A DNA stretch of 63,980 nucleotides, counting the filler, from Trypethelium eluteriae (Eukaryota): the NCBI GenBank assembly GCA_051942245.1. It is 3 parts of 3 records of this genome, joined end to end, with 100 filler letters (N's around TTAATTAATTAA, not from the genome) between each part and the next. Parts side by side here need not be neighbours in the genome. Positions count along the whole stretch, not along the records: positions 1 to 23,253 come from JAVECL010000428.1; 2 more parts are not named here. One strand, 5' to 3'. The position numbers and the translations under genes were made by a program. The notes below the pieces were generated by a model, which was not told where the DNA came from, made no database searches, and was given only the letters and a program-made list of their open reading frames with translations. Positions within the stretch are counted from its first letter, which is position 1. Each line of letters opens with the position of its first letter. Positions 11,701 to 23,353 of the stretch are shown here, piece by piece.

Positions 11701-14700
11701 ACCCATTTTTAAACCTTTATATCCCCAGTTATAAAGAGAATTAGAGATGCTTTAAGAATAACTAAAAGAGAACCTTAAAAAAGGATTTATTTAAAAATTA
11801 GAGTCTTTAATAAGATACCCCATACTTTTTATTCCTAAAAAGAATAATAAATTATAATTATGTATTAATTACCAGAAACTTAATGCTATTATAATTAAGA
11901 ATAGGTATTTATTACTTAATACAACAGAATTAAAAAACTGCCTAACTAAAGCAAAGTAGCTTACATTATTAGATTAAAGAGATGCCTATAATTCCATCCG
12001 CATAAAGGAAGGTAAGGAATAAAAAACTGCATTTAGAGTAAAATATGGATTATTTAAATCCTTAGTAATACTATTTAGGTTAATAAATATACCTACAACC
12101 TAGTAGGAATAAATTAAAAACATATTATAATTATATCTAAACATCTTTATAATTGTATATCTTAATAATATACTAATTTATTCTAAAATAAAGGAAGAAT
12201 ATATAAAATATGTAAAAATAATATTAAAATATTTAAAAAAAAAAATCTTAAATTATTATTAAAGAAGTATGTCTTTTACTAAAAATAAGTAATATTCTTA
12301 GGGTATATAATAAAAAAAGATTAAATTTAAATAAAACTAAAGAAGGTATAATTAGTCTTAATATAGCTAAAGTTAATAAATATTAAGGGGGTTTAAAATT
12401 TCTTAGGATTTATAAACTTTAATTAATAGTTTATTCCTAAATACTCCAAAAAAGCAAAATTACTCACAGACTTTATAAAGGGTAAGTAATTATTTAAATA
12501 GGAATAATTATAAAAAAGAGCCTTTAAAATTATTAAAGAAGAGATTACAAAAAACTTAGAACTAATAATCTGCAACCTAAAGTTATTATTAAAGCTTAAA
12601 ATAGACGCTTTAAATTTTGTAATAAGCGCTTGCTTATTATAATGGGTAAATAGGAAGTAAAGACTAATAAGATATTACTTAAAAAAGATGACTCCTGCTA
12701 AACTAAATTATAATATCTATAATAAGGAATTGCTAGCAATAATAACAGCAATAGAGTACTAAAGAGTGTATATTAAAGGAATACCCAAATTAAATGTATA
12801 TACTAACCACAAGAATTTATTAATATTTACAACAATAAAGCAGTTAAATTAGCAATAAGTCTAATAAGCAGAACTCCTTAAACAATACAAGTTTACTGTA
12901 TATTACACACCAAGAAAAGAGAATAAAAAAGTAAATGCTTTAAGTTAACAAAAAGACTATTAAGGAAATAAAAAAGTATATTAAGCAGTATTTAAAAAAA
13001 AGGATAATAGCACTCTTAAAAGCATTTCTTAAAAGTTTGGATTAATTCTTAATATCTTAAAAAATAAGGATAAATAGTTCCCTATTATTACTTAAAAATT
13101 ACAAATTCTGAATAATAAAGTTAACTATTATATTTAAAGATATTATAACAAACTGTAATATAAACATTCTAGAGTTGCATAAACACTTAAAAATATATCT
13201 TAAAACTGCATTTTTAATAATATAAAATAGAAAGTCCAAAATTATGTGGCAAAATATAATTACTGCAAAAGAAATAAATATAATACCCAAAGAAGAAAAG
13301 GCACTATCCAACTAATTTAAGCACTAATAAGGCCTTAGGAGCAGATTATAATAAACTTTATTACAGACTTACCTATATTAAAGCACCCAGTAACTAGAGA
13401 AGTTTACATAACAATTTACATAATAATATGCAGACTAATAAAGTATATAATACTAGTTTTATTTAACAAAAAATATGGGACAGAAAAAATAGCATAAATA
13501 CTCTTTAAAAGAGTAATATCATACTTTAGATTACCTATCTTAATAATATTAGACTAAGATAGAAGGTTTACAGCCAAATTCTTCCAAATGTTAATAACAA
13601 ACTTAGGGATTAAAACTAAGTTATTAACAGTGTATTATAAGGAGACTAATAAATAAACTAAATAGATAAACTAATTACTAGAATAATTCCTAAGATACTA
13701 TATTAATAATTTATAAGATAATTAAGTATTATTATTACCCATAGCATAATTGTGTATTAACACTAAAGAATCCAGCATAATAAAGTTTGCGCCTATCCAA
13801 GGATTAATAGGATATATACTATTATTAATTTAGCTAATACCTATTAGGATAACATCAGCATTAGGAAAAGATTATGGAAAAATAATAAAATTAATATATA
13901 ATAAAATAGCCAGGAATATTAATAAAAGAAATAAGAATTTAACTTAAAATAATAAAAAAGTAAATAAACCTTAACTAAAGAAGGGGGATAAAGTATACTT
14001 ACTTATAAAAAATTTAAAAATAAAAAAACTTTATAAAAAGCTTAATGCAGTAAAAATTAGTCTATTTATTATTAAAGAAAGAAAAAATAAAGTTAATTAT
14101 AAGTTAAACCTTCCGCAGGATGCTTAAGTCCACCCAGTGTTTTATTTATCCTTACTAAAGTCAGTAAATAAAAGCATATTATATGCAGAGATGTTTAGCT
14201 ATAAATTAAAAAAGGAACACAAATTTAAAGTAGAAAAAATTTTACAAAAAAAAAAAATAAAAAGTATTTAATAAAATAAAAAGGATATCCTAACTCAGAA
14301 AATACTTAGGAAACATAAAGAATACTATCTAAGTGTGGAGAAAAGATATAACAGTACTTAAACTTTAAGAAGGGGGGAGAACCTACCCATAATAACCATA
14401 TTTTTAACACCAGCAAAAGTTTCCTATAATAAAAAAGAAAGACTAATAATAGCAGCAGCAGCAGGACAGCTATCCTTATTAACTGCACCCTTACCCAGCT
14501 TATTAAGAGCATGTACAGTTTTCTGTTTTGTGTGTTCCTTAGCTTAATAAAGAATCTTTTTATAACGCATAAGGTAAGTAAGTACTTTAATAAACTCTTC
14601 CTTATCCTTTAACACTTTTTTAGCATATTCCTCTTAAGTGCGATTAAGAAAAAATTATAATAAGTTTACACATAGTTTCCCCATTTTTATATACTTAGAA

Positions 14701-15402
14701 CATTTAGCATAAAATTCTATAGCAATATAGACACAACCATAAAAAAAGCAGAGATTATAAGGCAATGGAATTAGGAAGCCAAAGTTTTTAATCTCTAAGG
14801 ATAAACAGTAGCAATAAAATTTAGAGGAAGACATCTTGCTAAATAAATAAAAGCAGGGTCACTCCTACTTATATTCCATGTAAGGACACATAACTAAGGA
14901 GGAGGGGACTAATGTTATAAACACGCCTAACTAAGGACGCGTTGGAGGTAGCTATTACTTATAGTGCACCAATCGCGTAACACTGAGCGCGTCTCACAAC
15001 AGGAGTAAGTAAGAACATAGCACTAACACCTCAACCATCTCGCAGCAAGATGAGCGAGATCTCACCTTGTAGAGAGCGAGACAACATCTCGTCCTTTTTA
15101 CTGCGATACCAGTAAGAAGGAAGGCTGCAGTGGAGAAGGAATAAATATTTAAGGAACTGGGTTCTAAGCACACTCTTATTCTTCTCCTTGCGTTTTATTA
15201 CTGTTATCATACCCAGCTATACCTATAGTTAGTTGCGAGCCAAATTAAACAAGACCTTATTTATTATTAAGTTGTTCAAAGCTTAGTGACCCTTCTTACA
15301 TCATTGGATCCTTGACACTCCGCTCCTACGTGAAAAACTCTGAGACCACTCTACGTACCTGCTACAAGCCGTGCTTGTACCAGGGGGTATAGGCTCATAA
15401 CA
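8733..15402 (+). mobile_element. full-length RIP-degraded Ty3/Gypsy chromovirus 'B' (6670 bp)
   Basis: 490-bp LTRs 8733-9222 and 14913-15402; 5-bp TSD GGTTA (8728-8732, 15403-15407); PPT aaggaggagggg 14896-14907; eroded CCHC knuckle ~9965, protease (IINNN from IDSG) ~11085, RT YLNNILIYS ~12157, RNaseH ~12601, integrase ~13330, chromodomain ~14224-14311. Confidence 0.95.
14358..14834 (-). pseudogene. antisense ORF3 of element B: Zn(II)2Cys6-like plus coiled coil (variant 2), RIP-mutated
   Basis: ATG 14834 with TATAAG ~35 bp upstream; 159 codons without frameshift; Y-x2-C-x6-Y-x8-C-x2-Y-x6-C at 14759-14670 with every Tyr as TAT; followed by the helical stretch EEYAKKVLKDKEEFIKVLTYLMRYKKIL. Confidence 0.75.
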
Positions 15403-18400
15403 GGTTATATTAAAACTAATTATACCTTTTTTGGTTTTATTTAAATCTAATTTTTTTTTATTATGTATCCTAAAAATATAACTTATTCCTAATAAAAGAC
15501 ATACTTCTTTAGTAATAATTTAAGATTCCTTCTTCTTAAATACTTTAATATTATCTTTATATGCTCCACATATTTTTCCTTTATTTTGGAATAAATTAAT
15601 ATATTATTAAGATATACAATTATAAAGATATTTAGATATAATTATAATATGTTATTAATTTATTCCTAATAGGTTGCTGGTATATTTATTAATCCAAATA
15701 GTATTATTAAGGATTTAAATAGTCTGTATCTTATTTTAAAAGCAGTTTTTTATTCCTTACCTTTTTTTATGCGGATGGAATTATAAACATCTCTTTAATT
15801 CAATAATATAAGCCACTTTGCTTTAGTTAGGCGGTTTCTTAATTCTGCTATATTAAGTAATAAATACCTATTTTTAATTATAATAGCATTAAGTTTTTAA
15901 TAATTAATATATAATTGCAGTTTTTTATTCTTCTTAAGAATAAAAAGTATAAGATGTCCTGCTAAAAACTTTAATTTTTAAATAAACCCCTTCTTTAGGT
16001 TTTTTTTTAGCCATTCTTAAAGCATTTTTAATTCCCTTTATAATTAAAAATATAAGGGTCCAAATATGGGTTGCTTCCCTAGCTTTAGTTTAATCTTATA
16101 ATCCCATAATTAGTGTGGAGGCAAGGCTTTTTCTGCCCTCCCTTTCTTAAAGAATAGCAAATACTCCTTGTATTTAAGAGGTATTATTATAAGTTTAGTA
16201 TTTTTACGCTTTATATTATTCCTTAGTTAACCTTCTACCTTTATTAAAGTATTAAATATGCCAGATCCAGTTTATCCTTTTTAATTATCCTTATTTATTA
16301 ATATTAAAGCCACACTATAGCTTATCCTTATCTTATCCTTAAAGCAATTCTCTGCTCCTTTAGGGTCCTGTATAATGCTGTGTTTACACCTAAAGAATGT
16401 AATTTCCCTTATTTCCTAATTAATATCCGGGTTATAATTTTGCAATTATAATAATCTAAATATAATATTATACCTAATTAGATTTATAATATTAAGTTGG
16501 ATTTCCTTAGTATGCCCTTGCGTAATTATGGAAATAAGTTCTGTTTTAATATCCACTTATCCTTGTCCTGCAAATTGTGGTCCGGTAGCTCTATATAAAC
16601 TATATAACTTTTCCTTTTCTTTAGTATTAAGTCTAATCTTTTTAGTAGTTATTGCTGCTATTATGTTTATTAATGCATTACTATTAATTATTACTTTAAC
16701 TTATTGGTTTTTAATCTTAACCTTAATCTTAAATAATCCTGTTATTACTTTGCTAAGGGATGTTATATTATAACTTGCTTATAACCCCTTTATAAGAAGT
16801 TATTAACTTTTCCCTCTTTATTATTTATTTTCCTAGCAGTGTTATAGCAGGCTTGCTATTCTGGTTTTATATCCTTATAATCTAGGTAATGTTTATAATA
16901 ATTTAGGTTATTGTATTAATATTTCGCATAATAGTCTGCTTACTTTTGGTAATATTTAACACACACAATGCTAACACATTTCAGCCAGTTTATTATTTTA
17001 CATATAGATGGTTTATAAGGTGGTTTTAAACATAATCCTTATTTAAATCTGCTCCTTCCCTAAGCTACATTATTACCTGGTCTGTGGTATGGGTATATTT
17101 CCTTTTTTCTGTAGAATTTTTTATTAAGTAAGTTATAATTACTTTCCTATTTTTAATAAAATTTATAGTCCTTTATTCCACATGCTGTGAAATGTTGGAG
17201 CTAATGTTATAGCTTTTTTTTATATTATTTTTTTGCCCATTAATGCTTTTTGTATGCATTATTTTAACATTCCTCCTATCTAGTTATCCAATTATAGTTG
17301 GGATGTTGTAAGAGTTTATAAACCTCCTTTTAGTATTTAAAATTCCGCTGCTCTAAATTCCATATAATTGCTAGAAGTTTAGGGCGCGTTGTAATATAAG
17401 CATAATAAATCTTGCAGTTTTATATTATACATCTTCCTAGGATCTTGTGGTTTAGGTGATCCTCTAATCTTAACATTAGGTGTACATAACTTTTATGCTT
17501 TTCTTATGTTGCTACTTCTCCTTAAATACTGTAAGTAATCTTAGGTAGGTTTTCTTGGCTATTTGTAGGGTTAATAACTTCTTCCCATAAAGCACTTTCT
17601 TCCTTTACATTGGATTTATTATTAATTATTTAATACTAAAAAACATCTAAGTTCCTAATATTATTATTACTTATTAGTTTATTAATAATAATTTTATTTT
17701 CTCCTAAGTGGACTTAGGTTGCCATATTAAATTCTTCTCTACAATCTACCTTATTCTTGGATTAGCAGTTTCTTGTTATATACTCTGGTTTTCCATAGGC
17801 ATAGCACTTTCTTTTTGTTTGGGCACCCTTTTCCTTCTTACTTTATGCAAGGTTGGAGTACTAAACTCCTTCTATTAGTTTATTACTATTATAATATTAA
17901 GTAATTCCTCCTATTCTTCCTGCTGGAATATATAGGGCTAATCACCTTTTTATACGCTTTGCGTAAAGTTTATTATCTAGTTTAATTAAGGTGTTAATAA
18001 GTTCTCACAACATGTTAGTAAAGCTATTATAGCACATTAGCTTATCCTTAACATTATCCTTAAGTCCTCTCTAGTACATAAATTGTAATACTTTATTATT
18101 CCATTCTAGTTTATTAGAATATTTTTGGAACTTAGCTGCATAATCCGCTGTTAAAGTTTTTTGTACTAGATTTTAAACTGCTTACTCCACTATCTTAACT
18201 TTATTAAAGATTCCAAAAATCTGTCTAAGCTCTTTTTTAAATTAAGGGAATCTTATAAAAAGACTGTTAGGGTCCTTTAAGTTATTAAGATATAAAGTTA
18301 ATTTGGGTTTTATCCAGTATTGGGCCTGTCCTCTTAAGTATAATAAGGCTACCAAAGTCTGTTAACTATTTAAAATTCTTTTAAATAAGAAGTGGAGTTA

Positions 18401-19043
18401 GATTTAGCATAGCTATTCTTCTAACTTGCTTCTTTCCCTAAAGTACTTATTAGGTTATCCTATTTTGCCTTCCTTTAATGGGGCTTTAATGCGGGACTCC
18501 AGCTGCGGAGTGGATCCTAATTAACTCATCCTTAAGGGCGTTTTATTATGTTATAAGCCTATACCCCCTAATACAAGCACAGCTTATAACAGGTACATAG
18601 AGTGGTCTTAGGGTTTTTCACGTAAGAGCGGAGTGTTAAGGATCCAATAATATAAGAAGGGTTACTAAGCTTTAAACAACTTGGTAATAAATAAGGACTT
18701 ATTTAATTCGGCTTATAACTAACTGTAGGTATAGTTTTGGTATAATAATAAAACGCGAGGAAGTCAGTTAAGCTGGTTTCCTCCTACATATATATACTTG
18801 TGATCTTCTTGATCACAGCTGTTATCCTTCTGATCAGATCTCTACTAATCTTGGGTTAATTACTACTGATCAGTGTGATAACCTGTGATCTGTGGGTGAT
18901 CACCCTAGATCGCTCTATCCTAATCTATGGCTTATTATTACTAATCAGTCACGTGACCTTTACTCGTTACGACCTGTCTGTGGAACGCTTGCAGCAAGTA
19001 CAAAGGAGATGGCGTTCAGCCTTGACGCGGCTGGGTCGTAACA
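15403..19043 (-). mobile_element. Ty3/Gypsy element 'A2' (5' LTR, gag, protease, RT), inserted in the gag of C
   Basis: Subtype-A LTR 18549-19043; internal region is the reverse complement of B 9223-12375; RT motif at ~15590-15617; continues at 8732 on the other side of B; its own 3' LTR was not found. Confidence 0.85.
18538..18548 (-). promoter_or_regulatory. Tf1-type self-priming primer-binding site
   Basis: The 11 nt just inside the 5' LTR (TAATAAAACGC on minus) are exactly complementary to 11 nt downstream of the LTR TATA box (18746-18756); same pairing in B (9010-9020 vs 9223-9233, 1 mismatch); same PBS in C (19902-19912). Confidence 0.8.
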
Positions 19044-20406
19044 GTTTGTTAACAAGAATTTTGTCTTCTCCTAAATAAATTTGGGTAGCTATATTAAATT
19101 CTTCTCTGCAATTTACCTTATTCTTGGATTAACAGTTTTTTGTTATATATTTAATTTTTCCACACGCATAGCATTTCCTTTTAGTTTAAGCACTCTTTAT
19201 CTTCTTACTTTATGCAAGATTAGAGTATTAAACTCCTTTTATTAGTTTGCTATTATTAGATTGGATATATCCTTTAATTTATCCTACTGGAATGTGTATA
19301 GCTAATTTTTTATTTATTTATTTTGTATAAAGTTTATTATCCAGTTTAATAAAGGCACTTATAAATTCTTATAACATTTTAATTAAACCTTTATATTGCA
19401 TTAGTTTATTTTTTATATTATCTTTAAGTCCTCTTTAGCACATAGGTTGCAGTGCTTTATTATTCTATTCCAGTATATTAAAGTACTTTTAGAATTTTGC
19501 CGCATAATTTGCTGCTAAAGTTTTTTATACTATTTTTTAAACTGCTCTCTTTACTATCTTAACTTTATTAGAGATTTTAAAGATTTATTTAAGCTTTTTT
19601 TTAAATTAAGGGAATTTTATAAAAAAACCATCTGGGTTTTCTTAATTATTAAAATATGCTATTAACTTTAGTTTAACCTAATGTTGCGCTTATCCTTTTA
19701 TGTATAATAAAGTTATTAATACTTATTATTTTTTTAGGATTCTTTTAAATAGGAAGTAAAGTTGGATTTAGCATAGCTATTCTTTTAGCTTACTTCTGTT
19801 TTTAAAGTACTTATTAGGTTATTTAATTTTGCCTTCCTTTAATAAGGCTTTAGTACGGGATTCCAGCCGCGGAGTAAATCCTAATTAACTTATCCTTAAG
19901 GGCGTTTTATTATATTATAAGTTTATACCCCTAGTATAAGCATAGCTTGTAGCAGGTATATAAAATAGTTTTAAAGTTTTTTATATAAGAGCAGAGTATT
20001 AAGAATCCAATGTATGTAAGAAGGTTACTAAGCTTTAAACAACTTATAATAAATAAGGACTTATTTAATTTAGCTTATAACTAACTATAGGTATAGTATT
20101 ATATAATAATAAAACATAAGGGAACTAGTTAAGCTGGTTCCCTCCTACATATATATACTTATGGATTTCCTTTAATCAGTAGCTATTCGCCCTTAATCAG
20201 ATTCCTTCTAATCTGTGGTTAATTACTACTGATTAGTATGATAAGTCTTGATCTATGGGTAATCACCACTGATTGCTCTCTTCTGATCTGTAGCTAATCA
20301 CTACTGATCAGTCACGTGACTTGTGCTTGTTACGACTTGTTCATGGAACGCTTGCATTAAGTACAAAGGAGATGGCGCTCAGTCCTGACGCGGCTGGGTC
20401 GTAACA

Positions 20407-21206
20407 AAATCCATAGAGATACTTATAGATAAGATAAGAAGGATTTATAAATATTATACTAATGCTATTATATAAAGTTAAGCAGCGCAGGCAGATACAG
20501 TAAACCAACACAGAAGGCCTGTTTTATAATTCTAATTAAATAACTTAGTATATTTAAATATACAATATTTAAAAAGACAGAAACCCTTAATAAAATTAAA
20601 CAGATTATAAGCAGGATTATATAAAATTTTAAAAATGCGGACACCTTTAGTTGTTACACTTAATTTACCTAAAGATTTTTATATATAAAATAACTTCCAT
20701 ATTTCTCTGCTCTAACTAGCAACCTTAAACTTATTCCCTAAGTAATATTAAACATAACCACCTCTTATTAATATTTATAAAAACAGTATATTAATATATA
20801 AAGCTAAAAAGATTTTAAACTTTTGCTATTATTATAACAAACTCCAATATTTAGTAAAGTAGACTGGATGGAATAAAACTACATGGGAATTACATAAATA
20901 TATAAATAAATTAGAGGAGCTAAAGGATAAATTTTATACTAAATATCCTTATTTAGCTAGGCCAGAGATAAGGCGTCAACGTTAATAAACCAACTCGCAG
21001 GGGCTTATTGCTAAGGAGGGGGGTAATGTAAGCAGAACAGAGCTGCTGCTGTTGTAGCTGTTATGTTGAGAACTCAGAGGTCACATAACACACAGGGCCT
21101 CCCAAATGTCCGCTAGTTATAGCTCCCGCACCTTTCTTTCCTTTTCTTCTTTATGTAGTGTTTTGTTATTTAGATTGATAGCTAGATTAACGCTGTGGTC
21201 CTTACA
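20407..21206 (+). mobile_element. 3' fragment of an unrelated chromovirus 'E' with a 180-bp LTR
   Basis: Integrase C-terminus and chromodomain remnants (YKAKKIL..LQYLVK*TGWNKTTWE); PPT aaggagggggg; LTR TGTAAG..CTTACA 21027-21206. Confidence 0.8.
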
Positions 21207-21967
21207 ATTATAAGAGTAACTCTATTTTACACACTTTAGACACCTCTAAAAGTTGGAGCTAATACAACAATCCAGTTTTTAATATACACAGTTATAATAA
21301 AGACGTATTGTAATAGGGGCTTTATAAAGTTTAGTAATAAAATAATAACAGCAAAGCATGGAAGAAGCAGGTGTGCGGACAGAAGCTATAACAGTTGAAC
21401 ACATTATCAGCTGCTTATATATGTTACCACCAGAACAACTGTTGGGCCGACAGTTAAGAGGGGAAGAGGTAATATTACAACCCAGCTATGTTGAGGCTGA
21501 ACTCTATTTTCTTTATACTTAATATAAGCATTCCATAAATAAGGTTGTAATAATAAGGCACGAATTATGTAACTGATTAGTGGTGGTTAACTGCTAATCA
21601 GAAGAAAGCGATTTACAACAATCAATTATAGATCAGGAGGAATCTCAGTAATCAGTAGTAATTAATCACAGATTAAAGGGATCTGATCAGAAATAATCAG
21701 TTACTGATTGGAAAGAATTACAAGTATATATATGTAGAAAGAAGCTTAGTTTAACTAACTTTCTCGCGTTTTATTACAACACTGTATTCTACAGTTAATT
21801 ATAAGTTAATTAAACAAGATCTTATTTATCAATAAGTTGTTCAAAGTTTAGTGACCCTTTTTACATCATTAAATTCTTAACACTCTGCTTTTATGTAAAA
21901 AATCCTAAGACCTTTTTACAAACCTGCTACAAGCTGCGCTTATACCAGGGGGTATAAATTTATAACA
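21207..21967 (+). mobile_element. 3' fragment of older element 'D' (start of antisense ORF3, PPT, 495-bp LTR 21473-21967)
   Basis: 21207-21472 is a diverged reverse complement of 6154-6418 and encodes YYNCVY*KLDCCISSNF*RCLKCVK*SYSY on minus; LTR related to subtypes A/C. Confidence 0.8.
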
Positions 21968-22064
21968 ATTATTAATTTTAAGTTTATTATTTTATTTTTA
22001 TTTTTATTTTTTTTTATTTATAATCCTTTTTATCTCTTTTTGTTTTTTATATTATATTAATTGT

Positions 22065-22559
22065 TGTTATGAGCCTATACCCCCTGGTACAAGTGCGGCT
22101 TGTAGCAGGTACGTAGAAGGGTCTCAGGGGTTTTTCACGTAGGAGCGGAGTGTCAAGGATCCAATGATGTAAGAAGGGTTACTAAGCTTTGAACAACTTG
22201 TACTAAATAAGGTCTTATTTAATTCGGCTTGTAACTAATTATAGGTACAGTTTGGTATAGTAATAAAACGCAAGGAAGTTAGTTAAGCTGATTCCCTCCT
22301 ATATATATATATTTGTAACTTCTTCTGATCACAGCTGTTTTTCCCTTGATTAGATCTTTACTGATCTCTGGTTAATTGCTATTGATCAGTGTAATAACTT
22401 ATGATCTATGGGTGATCGCTCTAAATCGCTTTACCCTGATCTGTGGCTTCTTGCTACTAATCAGTCACGTGATCTTTGCTCGTTACGACCTGTCTGTGGA
22501 ACGCTTGCAGCAAGTACAAAGGAGATGGCGTTCAGCCTTGACGCGGCTGGGTCGTAACA
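22065..22559 (-). mobile_element. solo LTR, subtype A, with intact TSD
   Basis: TGTTATG..CGTAACA flanked by ATTGT on both sides (22060-22064, 22560-22564). Confidence 0.95.
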
Positions 22560-23253
22560 ATTGTTGAGAATATGCAGTTCAGAAGGTCAATATGGACTCC
22601 AGACAGAACTGGCCAATCAACATATCTACAAACCAAGCACTCTGAGTGGCTAGCGGGATGGCCCCACCAATTTTATGTTTATCCCCAAGATTCTGTCCTC
22701 AGAGAATCCTTCATCTGTATGTATCAACTTAATCAGTCTAGCTCATTATAGCTTGAACACAGTTGGCAGTTCCATTTACAGTTAGGGTTCTAGTAATCCT
22801 TCTAAATGTCCACCTTCCACTGTACCTGCAGTGAATGCCTGCTCAAGCAATCCAGTTCAACAAAAAGTGTAATAATAATAAAGTCCTTTTTACAACTTTT
22901 TTTAGCTTGCTTTAACTCTGTTTATTTACAATTTTTAATATTATACTGCAGAACTGCTTTTTAGCTTTATAATAGCTTTTTTAAAAGGTAATAATAAATT
23001 AAAGTTAAATCTTAATATTATAATTTATTAATTATAATAATACTGCAGTAATCTATTTTTTTTAATAATATAAGTTACAATTTTTTTTAATTTAATTTAC
23101 TGATTTATTAAAAGTTTATTTTTTAAAATATGTATAATTTTCTGGTTTAAATTTGGATAAATAATAATAATAAAAGTTTATATAATTATATTTTGTACCC
23201 TTTTTATATTTATAACTGGTTTTTAAAAATCTTATTTTTAAACTTATTTTTAA

Positions 23254-23353
23254 NNNNNNNNNNNNNNNNNNNNNNNNNNNNNNNNNNNNNNNNNNNNTTA
23301 ATTAATTAANNNNNNNNNNNNNNNNNNNNNNNNNNNNNNNNNNNNNNNNNNNN
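23254..23353. other. artificial contig-joining spacer
   Basis: 44 N + TTAATTAATTAA (stops in six frames) + 44 N; identical to 46516-46615. Confidence 0.97.

Larger units (their letters stand above)
5702..20406 (-). mobile_element. RIP-degraded Ty3/Gypsy chromovirus 'C' (outer element; chimeric with A2, contains B)
   Basis: 5' LTR 19913-20406 and 3' LTR 5702-6153 (terminal ~40 bp missing) share diagnostic variants; PPT complement ttacccccctcc from 6154; gag fragment 19044-19912; RNaseH/integrase/chromodomain remnants 6780-8730. Confidence 0.85.

Noticed and set aside
7806..16773. Hydrophobic I/L/F-rich ORFs (7806, 10966, 13099, 14306, 16528) resembling membrane proteins
   Set aside because: By-products of AT-rich RIP-mutated retrotransposon sequence read in the wrong strand or frame.
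22565..23253. Possible gene remnant right of the solo LTR
   Set aside because: Frames examined gave no recognisable protein and the distal part is too AT-eroded to interpret.
23254..23353. Palindromic TTAATTAATTAA inside N runs (also 46516-46615)
   Set aside because: Identical 100-bp synthetic linker with six-frame stops; not biological, and no linkage should be inferred across it.
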